This document shows, piece by piece, positions 54,884-64,000 of a stretch of DNA of 64,000 nucleotides. Position 1 is the first letter of the stretch. Every line of letters begins with the position of its first letter. The notes beneath the pieces were generated by a model. The model was not told the origin of the DNA and did no database searches. It saw nothing but the letters and a program-made list of their open reading frames with translations. A program made the translations under genes and the position numbers. This DNA comes from Eledone cirrhosa (taxonomy: Eukaryota): positions 214,024,001 through 214,088,000 of the forward strand of contig OZ024743.1 of NCBI GenBank assembly GCA_964016885.1, given 5' to 3'.

Positions 54884-57800
54884 GCCTGCCCTTCTTCCCC
54901 TTTAAAGGAGGATGCCGGGGTTATCTGCACAATGGACTCAGTCGATTACGGGATCCGTCCTACACGCGACAGCAGCTGTTCGACATAGCTCCACAAGTCA
55001 GCAATCCTCGGGCACTGAACGATTGCGTGCAGGACGGTTTCAGTGACCTGCGCGCATCTCGGACAGACTCGGATGACAGCACCTCCGTGCTGTAAAGCTT
55101 ATCCCGAACTGGCAACCCGCTCCGTTTGCAATGCCAGGCCAGGGGTTTCTGGATGTTGTCCATAGGCCCCGGTCTGAAAGTTCTCTCTGTGAGAGCGAAC
55201 AGCTGATCGTCTTCGACGCCGAGGGTATCCCTGAGAACGTTGTCGCTCTTCCACTACACCAGCCCTCTATAGAACGGTGAGGTGGATATTCCACTGGCAC
55301 TAGTGCCCAGCTGGTAGAGGGCGGTGAACACTTGCAGACATTCCAGCTTCCAAGCCCTATCCCTCAGTCTACTCCTGATCCAGGACTGCAGCTCGGTCAA
55401 GGAAAAGAGCTGAGGAAAAGCGCGTCTGGCAAACGGTGACCACACCTGTTTACCGTAAAGGAAGCACCAGAGATGTCGCATCCTCTGTATGTTTGCGCAT
55501 CATCAGCCACAGCATACCTAGTCCTTCCACAACAAGCGGAAGAGAATGCGCTCCATTTTTGTCAGAGTTGGGCGGGGGGGGGGGGGGGGGCAAGGTACGA
55601 CGTTCAGGCGGTAGGAGATGAGGGGCGCTATGTACGCATTCGCCACCGCCGCCTGACCTTTGACAGACAGCCTCCTCTCGGCCCATTTCTGGGTGAGAGA
55701 GGTCAACCTGCTCATCACCTCGCTCCAGTCTTTCTCCATCTAGAGGTCCGGACCAAACCACACCCCGAACAATTTAACTGATCCTTCCGTCCAGCACCTC
55801 ACGACGCTGTCGGACGGCATGGACTTGACTCTCCAGGTGCCGAGTTGCAAGCCCACCGACTTTTCCTGGTTTATCTTTACTCCTGTCGCCGCTTCGTATT
55901 CCTTGAGAGCGGTGGCGAGCATCTGGACGTGTTTGGTGCTCGACACCACCACGGTGACGTCGTCGGCATAAGCTGACACGGATCTCCCGCATACCAGTTC
56001 ACGTGGGACCCCCTCCCCTCATCTTCTCCAATTTATGCAGTAATGGCTCTAGGGCCGGTACGTACAAGAGGGACGAGAGGGGGCTACCCTGTCGAACCGA
56101 GCGCATGATGCTGAAAGGCTCCGACAGGTGACCATTCACCCTCACAATCGAGCAGATGTGACTGTGCATCGCAGCGATCCAGCTCCTAAAAACGGGCCCG
56201 AAGCCGACCGCCACTAGGACAGCAGCGAGGTACCGATGGTCGACCCTATCAAATGCTTTAGATTGATCTAAGTTGATCAGGGCCTCACCCGTGCCAGGTT
56301 CCTTAACCACCCTCTCAATGATCTATCGCATCAGATGGCGGTTGTCGTGGATGGATATGTCCGTAGTGGCGCATGTCTGCGCAGCTCCCACCAGATCACC
56401 GACGACAAGCGCTAGTCTCTTTGTTAACAGCTTGGCGAAAATCTTAAACTCTGCGTTTAGCAGAGTTATGGGCCTGAAGTTGTCTATAACGTCCCCTTGT
56501 TCGGGACTTTTCTCAGCAGCGCCACTGCTCCCAGGCTCACAAAACTGGGAATGCTCCCGTCTGCTGCCAGTTGCAGTAGACATCTGCCAAGAGGTCGCCG
56601 AACAAGTCTGGCATATATGCATAAAACTCGTAGTGCAGACCATTCAAACCTAGCGATTTACCCCTCGTGCTTCCCGTATTTCACCTGCTGTTATCGGATT
56701 TTCGCAGCACTGCGCTGCGGTCTCCGAGAGCCGCGCCAGCCCGTCGAGGTATGCACCGAAGTCCATACTGCGATCTGGCCCGCCGCCGCTCCCGAAAAAT
56801 TGAGCAAAGTGCTTTTGAAAAGCTGCACACATCTGCTCGGGTTCGAGCAGCATGCGTCTGTTTTCATCAGGCAAAGACCGAAATTTGGACGTGTTTCCAC
56901 GTGGCTCCTCCACCACCCGGGCCCATTGAACGGCTTTCGACCCCTGGTTGCTCAGTGCACGCGCTCTAGCTCTGACAACGCAGCCGTCATGCTTTGCGTT
57001 GAAGAATTGGTCGAGTCACAATCTCGCCGCAAGCACGCCGGTTGTGATGCCTGTCCTAAACGCCTCTTCTAGCTTTCTAACTAACTCTCCCTCTACTCTA
57101 TTTTCCTCTTTCACTACTCCTTTGCTAACCCTTATCGATTCTATTCTAATAGCCCTTTTCAGGGTAAACCACCACCTGTTGTTGACGATCGCACCCGTCG
57201 ACGCACGATTAACTAATTCGCTAATCCATTCTCTGTAAGCTTTGCGCGCCGGGAACGGCGTGTTCAGCTTCCAGTAGCCGGGCTCTTGCCTATGGAGTCT
57301 ATCGAAGTCAACTTCACACATCACAAATCTGTGGTCCGTGTAGTCGACTACTTTAAATTGTGACAACCTACATTAGCCGTATCTGTTTCCCTACAGAATA
57401 CCCTATCTATATACTATCTGGATGACCCGATGCGGTTTGCCCATGCCCACATTGGCACTTTCGGATAATCCACTCTATATCTGTCAGACAGTACAAAACG
57501 TCTGAGCAGGTTGTTGAGGTTTTTACACGTTCCTGCCCTGTCTACTAGCCCCACATAATCCCAGCGTGCATCTAAGATACCGTTCCAGTCGCCCACTAAC
57601 ACTAAAGAGCGGGACGTTCCAAGAAAGGTCTCTAGATGTCTGAACAAATATGGCCATCCTGCCACAGTTTGGAGCGTAGACAGTTACTAGCCTGAAATCA
57701 TTGCCTTCGCTGCCGGTCACATTCAGCACCACCGACTTACCTTCTGGGTCCTGGAAGATGGCCCGTATGTCGAGATCCAAGCCTCTCCGAAAAAGCACAA

Positions 57801-59689
57801 CAACTCCACCTCCCGATCCTGGACGGCTGGGAGATGCGTATACATCGTAGCCGCCGAAGATCGGTGCGAAGGCTCGTGCTTCGAAGATTCTGGTCTCGCT
57901 CATGGCCACCGCATCTATGTTTAGTGACCTGGGGTTGTTGAGCAGGTGGTCCTGCTTCCATGACGACTCCAGGCCTGCGTATTTATGCTGTCTATTCTGA
58001 GTAAGGTCATTTTGAAAAGGAGTGGAAACAGATGGGAAAGACCACTTACCTTACGTCTTGTGGAGGAAGGATGGTTTTTCCGTCCTTCTCTCTGTTTGTG
58101 TCCCCCTCCTGAAGGATGTCTTTATAAATCCTCCTGGAGAGTGTTTGTCGGAATTCTCAGATGTCCTTGAGGAATTTTAATTTTAGTGTCGTGTACGGTT
58201 TCTGTGTGATGCGAGTGATTTGTATGTGTGGGGGTGGTGTGAATTGTTGGGGTGTTGTATAGTCTTTTTTCTGTGATGATGTTGTTGTATTGGATGTAGT
58301 GTAATAATTGGTTGTTGTTCAAATTTAATGCTGTGTAGTGTGTATCATTTTGGTTGCTTTGTTTTGTTTGCGTTTGTTGTGGGTTTGCTTCTGTTTCGCT
58401 TGTTGGTGATTTTTGTGGTCTTGTGGTTAATGAAGGCGATGGTGTTGGTGTTTGTGGTGATGCTTGTGTGGCTGGTGACATAGCTGTCTTAAATTTGTTG
58501 TTAGTTTGTTTGTTTCTCCCTGCATTTTGTCTTTGGTGGGCGGAGGAAGGAATGTTCTTCTTTCTTGGTTTCTTTTGTTTTCTTTTTTCCAGATACAGTT
58601 TCCTACTCTTCCTCGTCGTCACAATCTGTCTCCAGTTGCAATAGGTCGGAGAGTGGAAAATCCTCCACAAGCGTTGGTTTTGGTTGTGGCGTGGTGGATG
58701 GTGGAGGCGCTGGTGCTAATTCTGTGCGCGGTGGCTGGTGGTGGTGTTGGTTTTGCTACCGTTGCTGCTACAGTTGTTACTGCCATTTCTGCTGCTGGTT
58801 TTGATGGTTGAGTCAGTAGGGTGGGGAGGAGAGGTGGCCTCAACCTTTTAGCCTGGGGGCAGAAAGCCTTTAGGTGGGCTCCTTCTCTACAAATAATACA
58901 ACTAGGCCTTCTACGCTCAACGATTACGGTGAGGTGGCTGCCATCATTGAGGTGTATCACCTCTGGAATTTCCTGTATGTTTTTTTGGTCCTCTTGGATC
59001 ATGAGCTCCATCACAGATCCTGACCAGTTCTCCTGCTTTACTTTTATCACCTCAATTATATTAGTGTCGGCCTCGATGTCGGCGAGGACAGCAGCCATTA
59101 TCCAGGGAATTTCAATGGCCAGCGGAACTTGGGTCACTCTGATCCTTACCAGCCTCTGACCACAATAGCTTGGGGCGAGTATGAACTCATCATTTGTTAA
59201 TGGGGCCATGGAGTGCTCTCTGGCTTCCTGAGGTGTTCCAAAGAACACGTCCACAGTTTCATATTTTTGTCCCCGTCTGATGTGGGTGCTTTGAGCCCAC
59301 ACATGTCCCAAAGCTTTTTGTATCTAAGACTCGGATGCCCGTTCCACTCGGCGCATTTTAATATTTATCGTCCGATATGACACGGTGCATAGGCGCTGAT
59401 GCTCCATGGTATTAGATGGGGGTGGTGAGGCTGACCCTGTAACCGTATTTTTTTACCATTCGCTTGGCTTCATTCAATTCTTCCTGGCTTACTTCAATCG
59501 TTTCATTTTTGTTAGCCGCTTTAGCAAACGACACATTTGGTTTTGCGCTGGTGTTGCTGTTCTTTTGTTATTCTTATTGTTGCTATTGTTGTTATTGTTA
59601 TTTTTAGTATTATTAATTTTAGTTTCAGTTGCGGTGGTTGTGGTGTCAGTGGCGTTCGGCGTGGAAGAGTCGATTTTCGGAGAATTCAT
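54884..59689 (-). mobile_element. L1/Tx1-clade LINE (ORF1 with zinc knuckle; APE-RT ORF2), frameshifted
   Basis: ORF1 CIICREGAHLKAFCP; APE SETR, VYAPN, GDWN, TDHR, GYWKLN; RT FRPITLLN, LDQSKAFDRVDH, VRQGSPLS, AYADD. Confidence 0.9.
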
Positions 59690-60202
59690 TTCGATATTAT
59701 GAGAAAATAATTTATTGTTTGTTTCAGTTGTTGCTGTGGAAGTACGGATATTTGATTGTATATGTTATGGCGTATAATTTTATATTTTCTGGTACATATG
59801 GTTTGGTTATGTGTATACGGGTGTTTTGCGTCTGTGTGAGTATGCAGGTTCATACGTATGTAGGGTGTGTGTATAAGTGTACTTCATGATTTGGTTGACT
59901 TACGTCTCCGAACATTTGTGTATTTACATGTAGGTATGTGTGTGCGCTTGTTATATACGTATTTATTTATTTATATACGTTTATTTAATTATTTATTTAT
60001 TTGTATACAGGCATACACCCACACACATATTTATATGTGCGTGGTTTTGTATACCTATGGTAACCTTTTTCGCGTATGCTTGTGTATGTACGTATTTGTA
60101 TGCGTGTATGTATTTATTTAATTTCTATTACCTCTGTATTGTATGTATTTACTTTGTTCTTAACTCTGAAGCGGAGATTCATTCGATCTCCTAGTTAGAA
60201 TT

Positions 60203-60475
60203 TTAGTCTACGACTTCTGCTATACCATTTACGTGGTTTTGTCTTTGCGTGCAAATGTTCTCCATGTTCCACATATGACGTATTATCTTCGTTTTTTCGT
60301 TCATTGCCAGAGAACGTCTCTATGAACCACCTAAGAGATCATTAGTCTACGCCCGCTTTTATACCATAAACGTGGTTCTCTCTTTGCGCGTAATTGTTTT
60401 TCACCGCTCCTATTAATGACGTATTATATTCGTGTTTTCCCGTTCTTTGCAAGGGAACGTTTCCACGAACCATCC
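60203..60475. repeat. Diverged tandem duplication of about 140 bp upstream of Tx1 ORF1
   Basis: ttagtctacg..ataccat..acgtggtt..ctttgcg..atgacgtattat..gaacgt..gaacca occurs twice. Confidence 0.75.
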
Positions 60476-60606
60476 TCCGGTTGCAACGTTTTTTGAAATA
60501 TCCACTTCTGCGTTTACAGATTGATTTTGTTAGTTTCAGAAGATCGCGTTAAGGGTGAAAGCAGCGATTCTTTGCTTAAACTTTAATCTGTTATATTAAT
60601 AAATAT

Positions 60607-61287
60607 TCGCTTTACGCGTTTTAATTGTCCTAATAACTTAATTTATTTATTATTGCACCGACGTGAGGTATATGATTTTTAATGCAATGAAATATCTATG
60701 ATCGTCGGCAAATCACTGATGAGGGACTTATTTTATTACATGTTTTCCATGTGCTACCAGCAGTATTTTTCTCCCCATTTTATCACATATATTTACCTAA
60801 ACTGCGATTCCGTTTTTTTCTCTCTCTCTCTCTCTTACTGCTCCCTTATTCTCTCTGTTTCTCCTACTTTCTTTCGCCCTCTCTGACATGTCAGTTAACT
60901 CTTCCTCACACTTCCACTCACTCACTCACTGTTTCTCCTCTCCTCACTTCACCCCGTTCGCAACGAAAGCAATTTCTCTCTTTCTTACATTGCATTCGTT
61001 CGCGAAAGGTCTTTTTTCTAAGCACTCATATATTCACCTAGCTTATGCTAACAGAATAACTATGAAGCTTGTTTCCTTCCTCTACGGTTAGCTCTACTCT
61101 TTGTTGTTTTCCTGTCTCACTCGCTTTACGCGTTTTAATTGTCCTAATAACTTAATTTAGTTATTATTGCACCGACGTGAGGTATATGATTTTTAATGCA
61201 ATGAAATATCTATGATCGTCGGCTGACGGGGACTTATTTTATTACATGTTATCCATGTGCTACCAGCAGTATTTTTCTCCCCATTTT

Positions 61288-61292
<5 letters not shown>
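60607..61292. repeat. About 180 bp direct repeats with 514 bp period, ending in (TA)n
   Basis: tcgctttacgcgttttaattg..ccccattttatca at 60607 and 61121. Confidence 0.85.
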
Positions 61293-61322
<30 letters not shown>

Positions 61323-61344
61323 GTATACATATGTAATATATGTA

Positions 61345-61482
61345 TGAGGGTGGTGAATTGCCAGTTGTTATAACGTCGAATAGAATGGTTTGTGGTATTC
61401 TTTCCGGCTCTCTACTCTCTGAGTTCAAATCCCACTGAAGTCAACTATACCTGTTATCCTTTTGAGGTCGATACAACGTACC
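61345..61482 (+). mobile_element. Octopus-type SINE (degenerate)
   Basis: ggtggtgaattgccag..ctgagttcaaatccc..gtcaact..atcctttt..gtcgata. Confidence 0.65.
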
Positions 61483-61575
61483 ATATATGTATATATATAC
61501 ATATACATATATATATACATGTATATCCATAAACACTTATATATATGTATATATATACATATATACATATATGTA

Positions 61576-61634
<59 letters not shown>

Positions 61635-61637
<3 letters not shown>

Positions 61638-64000
61638 ATTAACAATATTAAATAAATGGAAACTATATTTATAAAACCATATTTATTTCATTATATATAT
61701 TTCAGGGATATCATATTAACAATATGCTATGCCTTCCCCAGACAAAATACAATATAAACAGTTTTATAGATAAATAGATTCGACATACCGTAACAACATC
61801 TACTTGCATTTGAGAAGGTTGATTTGGTAGTGACAAAATTGTACACAGAGAGAAAGAAAGAGAGAGAGAAAGAGAGAAAAAGAGAGAAAAAAAAAAGAAA
61901 AAAAAAAGAAAGAAAGACAGAAAACGAAGAAAAAGAAAAAGAAGAAATGCATGGAACAAAATAGAGAGATGGAAAGATAGATAAAGAGAAGAACTTCATG
62001 TAAAGAAACAGAAAGAGATATATATATAGAGAGAGAGAGGAAATAGAGATAGATACATATATATAGAAAGCTAGGTAGTGGGACGTCTGTTGAATAACGT
62101 ATCAATGATACATTTATTTATTTATTTATTTATTTAGCTCTAGTATTAATGTAAGGGAGATATATGGAGAGAAAACCAGCTGTTATATAGGGAGAGAAAA
62201 AATATATAGAGAGAAAAAATTTAAATTTACAAAATTTAAAAATATCCAGACACAGGCGAGGCGTAAAAACCTCTGTTTTAATGTAGAGGTATTAGTATTT
62301 ACAAAACCAGCCTCTACATTGTAAATATCAGTATTCCTGAATGAGATATGTATCCACAATGTGTGAAAATAAATGGTCTTATGTTTAGTTTAAAAAAAAA
62401 AAAAAAAATTCATGTTTATGTGATAATTACAAACATCTATGTGAATGTACATGATCAATTCTGCAAACCCTAAGTTCACGGAAAGTATTCTCAATGCGGT
62501 ATAAAAAAATTTAAGTATACATATATGTGTATATAGAGTCAATATTACTATTTCTGTCTCTACTCTACAAGATTATCTATCAAGCAAAAATAGAGCAGAT
62601 TTCAATATACTAATAAAAATAAAAATATATCGGAAACAAAACTAAAAATAACAATAATAATAATAAGTAATAATAAAATAGAAAACTAAGAAATATTACG
62701 AAAGAATATTACATATTAAAAATATTACATAATTAAAACATTTACATATTAAAAATATTAAAAATAAAAATATTAGGAAATACTACAATAATAAAAATAA
62801 AATAAACCACAAAGATCAACCCTTCAAAATTAATTGACAATATATTGCCAAGTTCATTATAAACATCAGAGTCAAAAAACAGATAAAGCCAAAAATTATC
62901 TATCAAATCGCATCTAGCAAAGATCATTTCAAAAAGTATAGGATGCCCAATTTGGTCTACATGTGTTCTTATATTTAATATAGAAGTTTATCTAGTGTAA
63001 CGTTTATTCGAAATATTTGGAGCATCAACTTTTAGGGTAGCTTAATTTTTCATGAAGAATGTTTAAATAAAAATAAATAAAATAAAAATAAAAAGAATAA
63101 AAAGAGAATCAAAGATTTATCGGCTAGTTTCCCATATAATTATAAATCAAACTAAATATACTACATTTTAAATTTAAATTTATATTTAAACGTTGAGTTT
63201 AATCTATGTTTGCAACAACTGAATAAATTTGACCGTAGATTAAGGGAATTTTTAGATTTTAGTATAATGAATATCTCCTCTGCGCAGAGGTCACATGTCT
63301 CAGAGGATGAATTAAAAGGAATCCCTCTTGAGACTATATTCCAAGCCGTCGAATATCTAACGTTATCTAGCTTAAGTTGCCATAGTACGCCTGATAGTGC
63401 CGTTGAAGATTTTTTACTTGGATCTGTGAAAGGATTCTTGTGGTTATTATAGCGAAGTTTAAATTCCGTCGATGTGGAACCGACGTAGTTAAAAGAATTA
63501 GAGTCAGTATTAACATTACAATTGTATACTATATTTTTAACTAAGCAGTTGTTATTTAACGGACATTTAGATCTATCTCTACAGTTACATTTGTTAACTT
63601 GTATATTATTTATGCTGTTATCACTAGGTTTTAAGTTCCTATTATTTATTCTATTGATATTTTGTGCTAAATTTTTGGTGGATGAGTAGGTTAATTTAAT
63701 TGTATGTCTATTGAAAATTGAGTGATATCTATGTGTTCTAGGGAAGCGATTATCAAGAGCTTTAAAAAATAGTTTAGCGATGTGGGTTTTAATGTTTAGT
63801 GAGAAAGGGGGGCAAACCAAATTATGTTCCTAGTTCTATTTCTTTTAAATAGAAAAGAACTAGGAACATAATTTGGTTTGCCAAGAAATAGAACTAGGAA
63901 CATAATTAATAATATTTTTAGTTTTGTTTCCGATATATTTTTATTTTTATTAGTATATTGAAATCTGCTCTATTTTTGCTTGATAGATAATCTTGTAGAG
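61635..64000 (-). mobile_element. Family C PLE, 5'-truncated foldback continuing beyond the window
   Basis: GIY-YIG ORF and long 3' UTR with a degenerate HHR (CTGGGGA..GAAATATATATA) near 61685-61750. About 63910-64000 is the reverse complement of about 62563-62650. Confidence 0.85.
63161..63820 (-). pseudogene. PLE C-terminus: GIY-YIG endonuclease (open frame, 5'-truncated)
   Basis: PPFS, KLTYS, CNCRDRSKCPLNNNC, IVYNC..YVGST, FKLRYNNH, CDLCAEE, CKH. Confidence 0.9.

Overview
AT-rich eukaryotic, repeat-saturated DNA, most likely from a cephalopod (Octopus-like tRNA-derived SINEs, very abundant (TA)n/(CA)n). I found no host protein-coding exon, and most track ORFs are microsatellite artefacts (YIYI/CVCV/SLSL). 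Identifiable content: a near-intact Neptune-type Penelope-like element (PLE; RT + GIY-YIG), four 5'-truncated GIY-YIG PLEs (probably Naiad-type), CR1-, R4/Dong-, L1/Tx1- and RTE-clade LINE remnants, a DD37D (maT) transposase pseudogene, a Helitron remnant and SINEs. The main signal is a set of PLE-associated foldback insertions in (TA)n tracts, carrying about 20 hammerhead-ribozyme (HHR) motifs from about 9 unrelated families. Four families use the compensatory U3-A8 core (TTGAnAA). Two ORF-less, head-to-tail HHR repeats look like circular-RNA-producing retrozymes: a highly structured 468-469 bp unit at 28.9-30.4 kb and a 312 bp unit at 17.1-17.7 kb. All calls were made by eye, and family letters are my own labels.
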